Notes under the pieces: generated by a model | What the model was told of the DNA's origin: nothing | Databases searched by the model: none | Seen by the model: the letters and a program-made list of their open reading frames with translations, nothing else | DNA from: an uncultured Nitrospiraceae bacterium | Lineage (GTDB): Bacteria; Nitrospirota; Thermodesulfovibrionia; Thermodesulfovibrionales; SM23-35 | Assembly (NCBI GenBank): GCA_963727775.1 | Contig: CAVSHB010000001.1 | Location: 1,472,001 to 1,536,000, forward strand | Reading direction: 5' to 3' | Length of the DNA stretch: 64,000 nt | Program-made: the position numbers and the translations under genes | Shown: in pieces, positions 40,726 through 51,761 of the stretch | Numbering within the stretch: the stretch's first letter is position 1 | Layout of the letters: the number at the start of each line of letters is the position of its first letter

Positions 40726-43254
40726 TTGAATTTGGACCCTCAACCGGCATTTTGGAGCATCCCCGCTGCTGATCTTCTTCAGCAACTGCAGACAACTCCC
40801 CAGGGACTGACAAATGATGAAGCGCGGCAGCGCTTTGTCCGCTACGGCGCCAATCTTCTGAAGCCCAAAAAGAGATCGAACACACTCACTCTTCTGCTTT
40901 CTCAATTTAAAAGCCCGCTCATCCTTATCCTCATCTTTGCGGTTGGACTGTCATTTTTCCTGCACGATCCCGTCAATGCCGGCATCATCCTGACAATCGT
41001 ATTAGTAAGCGGTCTTCTCGGTTTCTGGCAGGAACGCGGAGCGGCAAATGCGGTCGAAAAATTGCTCTCCATTGTACAGATAAAAGCCGAGGTGCTGCGT
41101 GATGGCGCAACGAGGGAAATCCCCGTTGAGGAGATAGTACCCGGAGATATCGTCATATTCAACGCCGGCGACGTTATTCCCGGAGACTGCCTGATTACCG
41201 AATCGAAAGACCTTTTTGTAGATGAAGCTGCCCTTACAGGTGAAACTTACCCCGAAGATAAGATGCCGGGAATACTGCCGGAAGAAACTCCTTTGGCTCA
41301 GCGGACGAACACTCTATTCATGGGAACGCATGTAGTCAGCGGCAATGCAAAAGCACTGGTTGTCCGTACGGGCAAGGGAACTGAATTCGGAAAGGTTTCC
41401 GAACGATTGGCGCTCAGGCCGCCTGAGACGGAATTTGAGCACGGTGTCAGGAGATTCGGCTACTTTCTAATGGAGGTCACACTACTGCTGGTAATTATCA
41501 TTTTTGCAGTCAATGTGTACCTGGCGCGCCCGGTTCTGGATTCGTTTCTTTTTTCCTTGGCACTGGCCGTCGGATTGACCCCGCAGCTGCTGCCTGCGAT
41601 TATCAGTGTCAATCTTGCGCACGGCGCAAAATACATGGCGCTCAAAAAAGTAATTGTGAAACGACTTGCCTCTATCGAAAACTTCGGCAGCATGAATGTC
41701 CTCTGCTCTGATAAGACCGGCACTTTAACAGAGGGAGTAGTACATCTGCAGTCTGCCCTTAATATAAATGGGAATGAGAGCGAAAAAGTCCTGCTCTTCG
41801 CCTACCTCAATTCTTTTTACGAGAAGGGATTCACAAATCCGATTGATGAAGCTATATGCTCCTATCGCAAATTTGACGTATCAGATTATGAGAAGCTTGA
41901 TGAAGAGCCGTATGACTTCATTCGTAAGCGATTAAGCATCCTGGTATCTAAAGGTAACGCACATCTTATGATTACGAAAGGGGCGTTACGAAATGTGCTT
42001 GATGCATGCTCAACAGCAGAAGATTCGACTGGCGCAATTGTGGATATCGCAGGAGTCCGCGAAGTAATACAGCGCCGCTTTGAGGAACTCAGCGGCCAAG
42101 GCCTGCGTACGATAGGCATTGCCTACAGGGATATGGGAGTGGCTGCGGAAATTACAAAAGATCATGAAGCTGATATGACGTTTTTAGGGTTCCTTGTTCT
42201 TTTCGATCCGGTCAAACCCGGAATCGTTGAAACCATCTCGGAACTACGCGGCCTCGGAATTTCGCTCAAGGTCATCACCGGAGACAACCGTCTGGTCGCA
42301 GCCCACCTCAGTCGTCAGGTCGGCTTATCGGATGCAAAAATTCTTGCGGGACCGGACCTTCGCCGGATGAGCGATGAAGCGCTGCTCAAACGGGTCAATG
42401 AAGCGGATGTTTTCGCGGAAGTCGAACCTAATCAGAAGGAGCGCATCATCCTTGCGCTGAAAAAGGCAAAAAATGTCGTGGGGTACATGGGAGATGGCAT
42501 TAACGATGCTTCAGCGCTCCATGCCGCCGACGTGGGCATATCTGTGGACAGCGCCGTTGATGTTGCGAAAGACGCAGCCGATATCGTACTCCTGGAAAAA
42601 AATCTTGCTGTTCTTGTGCAGGGCGTGCGGGAAGGAAGAAGAACTTTTGCCAATACTCTCAAGTATGTGTTTATGGCGACAAGCGCTAATTTTGGTAATA
42701 TGTTCAGCATGGCAGGGGCATCTCTTTTCCTGCCCTTTCTCCCTTTACTTCCAAAGCAGATCCTGCTTACCAATTTACTTACGGATTTTCCGGAGATGAC
42801 TATTGCCACTGATAACGTGGACAAAGAATTAGTTGAAAAACCCCGGCGATGGAACATAGCTTTCATACGCAAATTCATGATGACTTTCGGTCTTTTGAGT
42901 TCCGTGTTTGACTATCTCACCTTTGGAGTACTGTTCCTCATCCTGCATGCTGCACCCGAAGAATTCAGAGCCGGTTGGTTTCTGGAGTCTGTCATCTCAG
43001 CGTCATTGGTTGTACTTGTTGTGCGTACAAGGATGCCCTTTTTCAAAAGCATTCCAGGGAAATATCTGTTGACGGCAACACTGCTGGTTATCAGCATTAC
43101 GCTTGCTTTGCCTTTCATTCCAGTCGGAAGAAAGCTCTTTGGATTTACAGCCTTGCCGATCTCCTTTCTTATATTGATGGGAGTAATCGTAGCTCTATAC
43201 ATTATCTCAGCCGAAGTGCTGAAAAAGGTATTTTACAAAAGGGTGAAATTTTGA
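40726..43254 (+). CDS. mgtA: Mg2+-transporting P-type ATPase
   Basis: LTGET, AVGLTPQLLP, DKTGTLT, GDGIND, SANFGNMFS, GWFLES. Confidence 0.93.
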   Translation: MNLDPQPAFWSIPAADLLQQLQTTPQGLTNDEARQRFVRYGANLLKPKKRSNTLTLLLSQFKSPLILILIFAVGLSFFLHDPVNAGIILTIVLVSGLLGFWQERGAANAVEKLLSIVQIKAEVLRDGATREIPVEEIVPGDIVIFNAGDVIPGDCLITESKDLFVDEAALTGETYPEDKMPGILPEETPLAQRTNTLFMGTHVVSGNAKALVVRTGKGTEFGKVSERLALRPPETEFEHGVRRFGYFLMEVTLLLVIIIFAVNVYLARPVLDSFLFSLALAVGLTPQLLPAIISVNLAHGAKYMALKKVIVKRLASIENFGSMNVLCSDKTGTLTEGVVHLQSALNINGNESEKVLLFAYLNSFYEKGFTNPIDEAICSYRKFDVSDYEKLDEEPYDFIRKRLSILVSKGNAHLMITKGALRNVLDACSTAEDSTGAIVDIAGVREVIQRRFEELSGQGLRTIGIAYRDMGVAAEITKDHEADMTFLGFLVLFDPVKPGIVETISELRGLGISLKVITGDNRLVAAHLSRQVGLSDAKILAGPDLRRMSDEALLKRVNEADVFAEVEPNQKERIILALKKAKNVVGYMGDGINDASALHAADVGISVDSAVDVAKDAADIVLLEKNLAVLVQGVREGRRTFANTLKYVFMATSANFGNMFSMAGASLFLPFLPLLPKQILLTNLLTDFPEMTIATDNVDKELVEKPRRWNIAFIRKFMMTFGLLSSVFDYLTFGVLFLILHAAPEEFRAGWFLESVISASLVVLVVRTRMPFFKSIPGKYLLTATLLVISITLALPFIPVGRKLFGFTALPISFLILMGVIVALYIISAEVLKKVFYKRVKF

Positions 43255-43279
43255 AAGATAATTGTTCATATTATTAGCT

Positions 43280-44755
43280 ATGACGGATCCAAGCATTAAA
43301 GGTCATCGCGCTATACTGCAGAGAATTGCCCGCCGGGCGATGATCATGCGCGGCCTGTTTCCTGATTTTTCCCCCGAGGCGTTGTCCGAACTCAACAAAA
43401 TCAATGCGCCTGCAATAAGAACGGAAGAACCGATACGTGATCTCAAAAACCTCCCGTGGTGTTCAATCGACAATGATGATTCACGTGATCTGGACCAGCT
43501 TACTATTGCCGAGGGAATGTCTGACGGTTCAGTGAAGGTCCTGGTCGCTGTCGCAGACGTAGACGCTATTGTCAGGAAGGGTTCGGCCATCGACGCTCAT
43601 GCGCGGCAGAACACTACCTCTGTCTATACTGCCGCCGAGACATTTCCTATGATTCCCGAAAAATTGTCAACCGATCTTACCTCCCTTAATTACGGGACAG
43701 ATCGTCTTGCCATCATAATTGAGATGGTGATTGCCCAGGATGGCTCGCTCCAGACTTCCGGGATCTATGGAGCAACGGTGCATAACCATGCAAAGCTTGC
43801 ATACAACAGTGTCGCTGCCTGGCTTGAAGGTAACGGCCCCATGCCGGAAGGTATTGGTGCAGTTGAGGGGCTTGACGAGAACCTTCGCATTCAGGACCGG
43901 CTTGCTCAAAGTATGAAAGCTTTCCGGCATGTGCATGGAGCCCTGAATCTCGAAACTATAGAGGCGCGCCCGGTGTTTGATGCAGATGAGTTGCGGGGAC
44001 TTGAAGTCGAAAGCAAGAATAGGGCTAAAGATATCATTGAAGATTTCATGATTGCGGCTAATGGCGTAACCGCCCGATATCTTTCTTCCAAAATGTTTCC
44101 CTCTCTGCGGCGTGTAGTCCACACGCCTAAACGCTGGGACCGAATCATGGAGATTGCCTCAGAGTCAGGATATGCGCTGCCCCCGAAGCCGGATGTAAGG
44201 TCGCTGGAGCAGTTCCTGGTAAAAACAAAAACTGCTGATCCCCTGCGCTTTCCCGATCTCTCTCTGAGTATTATCAAGCTGCTGGGACCGGGTGAATACA
44301 CAATTGAATTTCCAGGAAACAGTTCAGAAGGGCATTTTGGACTTGCAGTTAAGGATTATACCCACTCCACGGCCCCTAATCGCCGGTACCCCGATCTCAT
44401 TACGCAACGATTGCTGAAAGCTGCAATAGCTGAACACCTCGTACCCTATGTAAAAGATGATCTGGAAGCTTTAGCCCGCCACTGTACGGAAGAAGAGGAC
44501 GCAGCAAAGAAGGTCGAACGCCAGGTAGAAAAATCTGCAGCAGCAATGCTCTTGGAGTCAAAAATCGGGGAACAATTTGATGCTATTGTGACCGGCGCAG
44601 CTCCCAAAGGCACATGGGTTCGTCTTCTTCAGTTGCCCATTGAAGGGAAATTAGTACAAGGGTTCAAAGGTATGGACATAGGCCGGCGGATTCGCGTACA
44701 GCTGATTCACACTGACGTGGAGCAGGGATTCATCGACTTCAAGAAAATTGAGTGA
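43280..44755 (+). CDS. RNB-domain exoribonuclease (RNase II/R family)
   Basis: SIDNDDSRDLDQ, IEDFMIAAN, HFGLA..YTHSTAPNRRYPDL, C-terminal S1. Confidence 0.92.
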   Translation: MTDPSIKGHRAILQRIARRAMIMRGLFPDFSPEALSELNKINAPAIRTEEPIRDLKNLPWCSIDNDDSRDLDQLTIAEGMSDGSVKVLVAVADVDAIVRKGSAIDAHARQNTTSVYTAAETFPMIPEKLSTDLTSLNYGTDRLAIIIEMVIAQDGSLQTSGIYGATVHNHAKLAYNSVAAWLEGNGPMPEGIGAVEGLDENLRIQDRLAQSMKAFRHVHGALNLETIEARPVFDADELRGLEVESKNRAKDIIEDFMIAANGVTARYLSSKMFPSLRRVVHTPKRWDRIMEIASESGYALPPKPDVRSLEQFLVKTKTADPLRFPDLSLSIIKLLGPGEYTIEFPGNSSEGHFGLAVKDYTHSTAPNRRYPDLITQRLLKAAIAEHLVPYVKDDLEALARHCTEEEDAAKKVERQVEKSAAAMLLESKIGEQFDAIVTGAAPKGTWVRLLQLPIEGKLVQGFKGMDIGRRIRVQLIHTDVEQGFIDFKKIE

Positions 44756-45974
44756 CATGCTGCTTTCAGAAATTGAGATAAGGAGTAAGGTACTCAGAGA
44801 CCGCTATAACTCTATCGTCTTCGAAAAGGGAAGGGGAAAGGTTTACCTTGTTGGTGGATATGTACGTGACATTTTGAGAGGAATAAAATCTCAGGACAGA
44901 GATTATATCGTCTTCGGAAATCTCAGGTCTTTTGTAAATGATATAAAGAGAAATACTGGAGGGAGCGTTGTTGAATTCAAAACTGAAGGAACGATCAGGA
45001 TAGCTTTTACAAAAGGAGTCACCCTGGATTTTTCATCGCCGATTGGAACACTTGGAGAAGATTTGTCCAGAAGAGATTTCACGATTAATGCCATGGCCTG
45101 GTATCCTCAAAGCGGGCTTATAGACTTATACAATGGAATAGATGATTTAAATAAGAAAAGGATATGTTTAGTTTCAAAAGAAAATATGATTTCTGATCCT
45201 TTGAGGATGTTGAGGGCATACAGATTTGCAGCCGAACTCGAAGGATCTTTAGATGAAAGAACGCGAAATATTATAAAAACACTCCACAACAATATCAAAG
45301 ATGTGTCTCATGAAAGAATTACTTTAGAATTATTTAATTTGTTAAACTCGAATCATCCGGCAAAATACCTTACGATGGCTTTGTCCGACCGCCTTTTGAA
45401 TAATATTTTATTGTTACCGGATAATATATTAGAAAATAATATTAGAGCAATTTCTAAGCTTGAACACATCACCTTTAAGTGTATATCGAGTAATATTAAA
45501 GCATTACTTAAGAAATCATTTTCCCAAAACCTTACTTATAAAGGATTATTATGTTTGGAACTGATAATGCGGCAACATCATTCTTCTGCAAATATGGAAA
45601 ATATCAACTTAAGACTGAGTAATATTATAAGAAAACGGATCGCTATAGCTCATAGAGGGATTAGAGAATTACATGCAGCACAAAGGAACCTTAAAGAAAA
45701 ATTATTTGACGTGTTTAAAAACTCTGGAGAAGCATCACTTGATATATTGATAATATCGAATAGGTTAGACCTTTTGACATATTTAAGAAGATATACAAAG
45801 ATTATTAGGAAAGGAATTTTAAGTTCAGAAGAAATAATCAACACTTCGGGGATCAATCCCGGCCCTGAATTAGGGAACATGATACTGCAACTCCAAAAAG
45901 CCCAGTTCGAAAAAAGGGTAAATTCAAAAAGCAGGGCAATAAAATTCATCAGAGAAATTAGAGGTTCCGTATAG
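44748..45974 (+). CDS. Class II tRNA nucleotidyltransferase, probably CC-adding type
   Basis: VGGYVRD..DRD, EDLSRRDFTINAMA, DPLRMLRAYRF, ERI; flexible loop before motif B is absent. Confidence 0.85.
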   Translation: MSDMLLSEIEIRSKVLRDRYNSIVFEKGRGKVYLVGGYVRDILRGIKSQDRDYIVFGNLRSFVNDIKRNTGGSVVEFKTEGTIRIAFTKGVTLDFSSPIGTLGEDLSRRDFTINAMAWYPQSGLIDLYNGIDDLNKKRICLVSKENMISDPLRMLRAYRFAAELEGSLDERTRNIIKTLHNNIKDVSHERITLELFNLLNSNHPAKYLTMALSDRLLNNILLLPDNILENNIRAISKLEHITFKCISSNIKALLKKSFSQNLTYKGLLCLELIMRQHHSSANMENINLRLSNIIRKRIAIAHRGIRELHAAQRNLKEKLFDVFKNSGEASLDILIISNRLDLLTYLRRYTKIIRKGILSSEEIINTSGINPGPELGNMILQLQKAQFEKRVNSKSRAIKFIREIRGSV

Positions 45975-46175
45975 ATAGTGCAAGTGCTAATTTAGTTTGA
46001 TTAAGCTTAAAAGCTTCTTTAACAATTAATAAAAATCTATACTCTGCTTTAGGCTTTTACTATAACTCCCTATGAATTCACAACATTTGACCGAGAGACG
46101 TTATTGGGGGTATACGAAAGAAATAAATATAATGAATCAGATGCTTTACAAATAAACATGCCCGCAAGAAAGCCT

Positions 46176-46203
46176 ACTTTACATAATATATATTATCAGA
46201 CAT
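46176..46203 (-). other. dif-like XerC/XerD recombination site
   Basis: Minus strand ATGTCTGATAA-TATATA-TTATGTAAAGT: 11-6-11 layout, XerD-like arm, intergenic between convergent genes. Confidence 0.8.
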
Positions 46204-46335
46204 TGTAAATAAACAAGCGTTGTTAATAACCTGTTATTAATACTGTTTGGATATTATCTCTCTCCTTGAGGATTATAGGGTCAACCGTCTTTGATTAGGA
46301 TTTAGGCACGGGAAATATTTCGCATTTATAACACC

Positions 46336-47574
46336 TTACATGTTATCTATGGGAATTCCTTTTAACAAATTCCCTTCGATGCATACAATCCCTACATGCA
46401 CAAGGGATTTGGGGTTATACCTATCAGACGGTATCTTTACTTTCAGGTAATTGCTTGATGTTCCGAGTGCCGCGCTATCATCACCCCTACCTTCTACAAC
46501 AATATCAAGGGTCTTGCCAATATGCGCAGACATGTAGGCGAGCTTTTTCGCGCTGTTTAAGGCATTCAGCCCATCAAAGCGTTCTTTCTTTTCAGAAGAT
46601 GTAAGTTGCATGGGCATTTTTAAAGCTATTGTATTTGGTCTGGGTGAAAATGGGAAAATATGCATATATGTTATAGGCAATGATTCCAAAATCCGTTTGG
46701 TATTTAAATATTCTTTGTTGCTTTCTCCAGGGAATCCGACTATTACATCTGTTCCAATAGACATCCCAGGCGACTTTTTAATAATATTTTCTATTACGCT
46801 TATGTATTCTTCCGCAGTATATGTCCTGTTCATACGCGCTAAAATAGTGTTGTCTCCGCTTTGCAATGGGATATGCACATGTTGGCATATGCGGTTTTCC
46901 TGGAGCAGTTCAACTATTTCATCATGTATTTCATTTACTTCAATAGAGCTTAGTCGTATACGGTTTATTTTTGTTTTATATAGTATAGTTTTAAGTAATT
47001 GTGAAAGTTTTGATTTATGTTTTAAGTCATATCCGAAGGAGCCAAGATGAATACCCGTCAACACAATTTCTTTATATCCTGCCGACACGAAATTATCAAC
47101 TTGTTCAATTATCTCTGCGATATTGGTGCTTATAGATCTTCCTCTTGATTTAGGAACAATACAATAAGTACATGCATTATTGCATCCGTCCTGCACCTTT
47201 ATATATGGCCTCGCTTTCGAGCTGTAGCTTAAATTGTTGCTTGCGGTTATATTAGTTATCTTATTAATAATATGCAATTTATTATTATTCTCAACAATAT
47301 CAACAGACCCATCTATATTCTTTATTTCATTATGGTTTAATTGCGAGTAACAGCCGGTAACAATTACCTTTGCCCCTGTTTTAACGGCCCTTCTTATTAG
47401 CTGGCGTGATTGATAATCGCTCTTTGCGGTGACTGTGCAGGTATTCACTACGCAGTAATCAGGATGCTCAGATAAGCCGACAATTGAACATCCGCAATAG
47501 CGAAGGTTGCCTTCTATTGTAATGCTTTCCGCCTGGTTAACCTTGCACCCGAGGGTAAGGATTGAGACCTTCAT
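46336..47574 (-). CDS. mtaB: tRNA t6A37 methylthiotransferase
   Basis: TLGCKVNQAE, NTCTVT, VTGCYSQ, KVQDGCNNACTYC, LTGIHLG. Confidence 0.93.
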   Translation of the reverse strand: MKVSILTLGCKVNQAESITIEGNLRYCGCSIVGLSEHPDYCVVNTCTVTAKSDYQSRQLIRRAVKTGAKVIVTGCYSQLNHNEIKNIDGSVDIVENNNKLHIINKITNITASNNLSYSSKARPYIKVQDGCNNACTYCIVPKSRGRSISTNIAEIIEQVDNFVSAGYKEIVLTGIHLGSFGYDLKHKSKLSQLLKTILYKTKINRIRLSSIEVNEIHDEIVELLQENRICQHVHIPLQSGDNTILARMNRTYTAEEYISVIENIIKKSPGMSIGTDVIVGFPGESNKEYLNTKRILESLPITYMHIFPFSPRPNTIALKMPMQLTSSEKKERFDGLNALNSAKKLAYMSAHIGKTLDIVVEGRGDDSAALGTSSNYLKVKIPSDRYNPKSLVHVGIVCIEGNLLKGIPIDNM

Positions 47575-48890
47575 TATCCGATGGAATTTCCTTCAAGAGA
47601 ATGTTTTCTGCCCTTTGTAATTTTAACGTTTATTAGTGTGCCGCGCACAACATTATCTCCGGGGTTCTTGGTGATAGTTATTATTTTATTCGATCTTGTC
47701 CTGCCTGCTAATTTTTCCTTATCCGTTTCGCTGTCTCCCTCGATAAGTATTTCCTGGACTGTTCCTTCCAAAGACTTGTTTTTTTTCATTGTTATCTCAT
47801 CCTGAATACCAAGGATTTCATTAAGCCGCCCGGTCTTTAACTCATCCGGTAGTTGGTCCTGCATAACAGCAGCCTTTGTGTGAGGCCTAGGAGAATAATT
47901 GAAGGCGAATACACCATCAAATTCGATATCTTTTAATGCGCCGATAGTAAGGAGATGATCCTTCTCCGTCTCGCCGGGAAATCCCGCGATTATATCGGAA
48001 GTTATCGCCATAGACGGGATCTTCTCCCTCAGATCCAAGACCTTTCTTATATACTCATCGTGTGTATAACCCCTGTTCATTAACTTTAATATAGCGCTTG
48101 AGCCTGACTGCATAGGCAGATGAATGTGCTCGCATACCTTGGATAGTTCGGACATGGCGTCTATCAGTTCTGCAGATAGGTCTTTGGGATGTGAAGTTAC
48201 AAAGCGTATTCTCTCGATACCTTCCACTTCATTAAGCTTTTTTAGCAGTCCCGGGAAGTCCGTATCACTTCTATATGAATTGACATTCTGTCCAAGCAGG
48301 GTTATTTCCTTATAGCCCTTTTCTGCAAGGTCAGAGACCTCTGAATAGATATTTTCACTCGGTCTCGATTTCTCCCTGCCCCGCGTGTAAGGGACAATAC
48401 AATAGCTGCAGAAATTATTACATCCATACATTATAGTCACCCAGGCTTTAACTCCATCTTCCCTTTTCGCAGGAAGGTCTTTCAGAGCTATGTGCGGATT
48501 ATCTTCAACAGCAACAACCTCAGTCATTTTGCTTGAAATACCATCGAGAAAATGTATGTTCTGGGGCCCGAATATATAATCCACATGCGGCGCCTTTTTT
48601 AGTATGTTCCTGCCTTCATTCTGCGCGATACAACCGGCAACGGCAATTTTCAATTCCGGTCTGTGTTTTTTGTATGATTTCATCCTGCCCAGTTCACTGT
48701 AAAACTTCTGTTCCGCTTTCTGTCTTATACTGCATGTATTGAAAACGATCAAATCAGCGTGCTGCGGGTTGTGAATTTGGGAATAACCTTCTTTTTGTAA
48801 TACTCCAAGAATCTTCTCGGAGTCGTGGACATTCATCTGGCAGCCAAAGGTGTGAATATATACTCTTTTATTCATTTTAAAATGTAACAT
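47574..48890 (-). CDS. miaB: tRNA i6A37 methylthiotransferase
   Basis: TFGCQMNVHDSE, NTCSIR, GCNNFCSYCIVPYTRG, LLGQNVNSY, TRAM; start may be 48875. Confidence 0.96.
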   Translation of the reverse strand: MLHFKMNKRVYIHTFGCQMNVHDSEKILGVLQKEGYSQIHNPQHADLIVFNTCSIRQKAEQKFYSELGRMKSYKKHRPELKIAVAGCIAQNEGRNILKKAPHVDYIFGPQNIHFLDGISSKMTEVVAVEDNPHIALKDLPAKREDGVKAWVTIMYGCNNFCSYCIVPYTRGREKSRPSENIYSEVSDLAEKGYKEITLLGQNVNSYRSDTDFPGLLKKLNEVEGIERIRFVTSHPKDLSAELIDAMSELSKVCEHIHLPMQSGSSAILKLMNRGYTHDEYIRKVLDLREKIPSMAITSDIIAGFPGETEKDHLLTIGALKDIEFDGVFAFNYSPRPHTKAAVMQDQLPDELKTGRLNEILGIQDEITMKKNKSLEGTVQEILIEGDSETDKEKLAGRTRSNKIITITKNPGDNVVRGTLINVKITKGRKHSLEGNSIG

Positions 48891-49085
48891 GTATTTTCTT
48901 GTTATGACAAGGCTGGTAAGGATATGTCAGTGATTTATCTTGACGGCAAAAACTTGATTTGCTAAGTTTATGTTATTGGATTGCAGCAGGCGTGATTTCT
49001 ATAATAATAGTTATGCATGGCCGGTTCATCTTATTCGCCTGCTAATTCTTGAAATAATAACTCTCTTAATCTTATTATATTAGCT

Positions 49086-51761
49086 ATGATTGGAACATTA
49101 CTAAGCAAGGTTTTCGGTACAAAGAACGAGCGCGAAATAAAAAGGCTATGGCCGATGGTAGAGCGCGTTAATACCCTGGAATCGCAGACAGCTTCTCTGT
49201 CGGATATCCAGCTCAAGGAAAAGACCGGGGAATTCAAGAGAAGGCTCGACACAGGAGAATCTCTCGAGGATTTACTTCCTGAGGCATTTGCAGTGGTACG
49301 CGAAGTCTCCAGGAGAAAACTGAACATGAGGCATTTTGACGTACAGATACTTGGTGGTGTCGTGCTTCATGAGGGCAAGATTTCAGAAATGAAAACCGGT
49401 GAAGGCAAGACCCTTGTCGCCACCTTGCCCGTTTATCTGAACGCCCTCGAAGGCAAGGGGGTGCATGTTGTTACGGTGAATGATTATCTCGCAAAGAGAG
49501 ATCCGCAATGGATGGGGCCGCTATATAACTTTCTCGGCCTCTCGGTAGGCGTCATACAACACGATGTTTCTTTCTTATACGATCCGTCTTATTTATCGAC
49601 CGATAAAAGACAGAATTTCCTTAAGCCGTGTTCTAGGCAGGAGGCATATGCAGCCGACATAACATACGGCACTAACAATGAGTTCGGTTTCGATTACCTC
49701 AGGGACAATATGAAATATGAAATTACCGATTACTGTCAGAGGGAATTGAATTACGCCATAGTCGATGAAGTAGACAGCATCCTCGTAGACGAGGCAAGGA
49801 CGCCCCTGATCATATCCGGTCCGTCGGAAGAATCGACCGATAAATATTATAAAATAGACAAGATTATTCCTAAACTCCAGAAAGACATAGATTATACGGT
49901 AGATGAAAAGGCGAAGACGGCTGTTCTCACTGAAGACGGCAACATTAAGGTGGAGAGACTGATCGGCGCGGGAAACCTCTATGACCCTTCAAATATTGAG
50001 CTTGTGCACCATGTCCTGCAGGCGCTGAAAGCGTACACACTTTTCAAAAAAGATGTCGACTACGTTGTTAAGGACGGTGAAGTGATTATTGTTGATGAGT
50101 TTACGGGCAGGCTAATGCCCGGCAGGAGATGGTCTGACGGCCTGCATCAGGCGGTAGAAGCAAAGGAAGACGTTAAAATCGAAAGTGAGAACCAGACCCT
50201 TGCGACGATCACTTTTCAGAATTACTTCAGAATGTACAATAAACTTTCCGGAATGACAGGAACAGCCGATACCGAAGCGGAAGAATTCGCAAAGATATAT
50301 AACCTGGAAGTTGTTGTTATCCCGACGAATCAACCTATGGTAAGGGACGATCATCCCGATATGATTTATAAGTCGGAAAAGGGTAAATTTAATGCTGTAA
50401 TTACAGAGGTAGAAGAACTCAACCAGAGAGGACAGCCTGTTTTGGTAGGGACTATTTCCATAGAGAAGTCGGAATTATTGAGCTACCTCTTAAAGAAAAA
50501 AGGCATTAAACATTCCGTCCTTAATGCAAAATACCATGAGAAAGAAGCGGAGATTGTTGCCCAGGCAGGGAGAAGCGGGGCCGTCACAATAGCTACAAAC
50601 ATGGCAGGAAGAGGGACGGACATAGTGCTCGGTGGCAATCCCGACGGCCTTGCAAGAGAACTCCTGAGGGATAATACCGATTATTCAGATGAAGAATGGG
50701 AACGGGCATTCTCAAAGGCGGAAAATATCTGCAGGGCCGAAAGGGAAAAAGTAGTATCCGCCGGAGGACTGCATATACTTGGAACGGAAAGGCACGAAGC
50801 AAGGAGGATTGACAATCAATTAAGAGGCCGTTCAGGAAGGCAGGGAGACCCCGGTTCATCCAGGTTTTACCTGTCAATGGAAGACGACCTTATGAGGATC
50901 TTCGGTTCAGACAAGATATCAGGACTCATGGACAAGCTCGGCATGGAGGAAGACATGCCCATAGAAAATAAGATGGTCTCAAAAGCGATAGAAAATGCGC
51001 AGAAACGCGTGGAGGCGCATAACTTTGATATAAGAAAACATCTTATCGAATACGATGACGTTATGAATAAGCAAAGGACGGAAATCTATTCATTCAGAAA
51101 AGAGATCCTTCAGGGAGAAAACCTTAAGGACCGTGTCATGAGTATGATGGAAGAAGTCATCGACGAGCTGCTCTTCATTTATTGTCCCGAGGAAAAACAC
51201 GTTGAAGAATGGGACCTGAAAGGGCTTAAGGATGCAGCATATGGAATATTTTTGATCATGCCGGATATCGTGCCTGCGAACCGTGATTCGTTTAAAGATT
51301 CGCTCATTTCCGAATTCAGAAATGCATATGGAAAGAAGGAAATGGAAGCCGGCAGTGATCTCATTAGGTACCTTGAGAAAGTCATGCTTTTACAGGTCAT
51401 CGATGCCCAGTGGAAAGACCATCTGCTCGGGATGGACCATCTGAAAGAAGGCATCGGACTCAGGGGATATGGCCAGAAAGACCCATTGGTTGAATATAAG
51501 AAAGAGGCGTTTGACGTATTCGCGGATATGACGACCAGGATTTCAACTGAGGTCGTAAGCAGACTTTTTAAAATCCAGCTTCAAAAGAAAGAACCCATAA
51601 GGAATGAGCCGTCAAGGCAGGTGAGATTAAACTATAACAGGGGGGAAGGTTCCTCTGCTCCTGCCCAATCAGTGAGGCGCGGCAAAAAAGTAGGCAGGAA
51701 CGACCTTTGTCCTTGTGGAAGCGGTAAGAAATTTAAGAAGTGCTGTGGCGTCAATGCCTAA
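49086..51761 (+). CDS. secA: Preprotein translocase ATPase SecA
   Basis: [54 protein letters not shown]. Confidence 0.99.
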   Translation: MIGTLLSKVFGTKNEREIKRLWPMVERVNTLESQTASLSDIQLKEKTGEFKRRLDTGESLEDLLPEAFAVVREVSRRKLNMRHFDVQILGGVVLHEGKISEMKTGEGKTLVATLPVYLNALEGKGVHVVTVNDYLAKRDPQWMGPLYNFLGLSVGVIQHDVSFLYDPSYLSTDKRQNFLKPCSRQEAYAADITYGTNNEFGFDYLRDNMKYEITDYCQRELNYAIVDEVDSILVDEARTPLIISGPSEESTDKYYKIDKIIPKLQKDIDYTVDEKAKTAVLTEDGNIKVERLIGAGNLYDPSNIELVHHVLQALKAYTLFKKDVDYVVKDGEVIIVDEFTGRLMPGRRWSDGLHQAVEAKEDVKIESENQTLATITFQNYFRMYNKLSGMTGTADTEAEEFAKIYNLEVVVIPTNQPMVRDDHPDMIYKSEKGKFNAVITEVEELNQRGQPVLVGTISIEKSELLSYLLKKKGIKHSVLNAKYHEKEAEIVAQAGRSGAVTIATNMAGRGTDIVLGGNPDGLARELLRDNTDYSDEEWERAFSKAENICRAEREKVVSAGGLHILGTERHEARRIDNQLRGRSGRQGDPGSSRFYLSMEDDLMRIFGSDKISGLMDKLGMEEDMPIENKMVSKAIENAQKRVEAHNFDIRKHLIEYDDVMNKQRTEIYSFRKEILQGENLKDRVMSMMEEVIDELLFIYCPEEKHVEEWDLKGLKDAAYGIFLIMPDIVPANRDSFKDSLISEFRNAYGKKEMEAGSDLIRYLEKVMLLQVIDAQWKDHLLGMDHLKEGIGLRGYGQKDPLVEYKKEAFDVFADMTTRISTEVVSRLFKIQLQKKEPIRNEPSRQVRLNYNRGEGSSAPAQSVRRGKKVGRNDLCPCGSGKKFKKCCGVNA

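Noticed and set aside
40333..40905. 190-aa minus-strand Phe/Leu/Cys-rich ORF
   Set aside because: Antisense shadow of the A-rich small ORF and the mgtA start
46200..46260. DnaA-box-like words (TGTTAATAA) suggesting oriC
   Set aside because: Two or more mismatches in AT-rich DNA, no dnaA/dnaN context, and the dif-like site fits better
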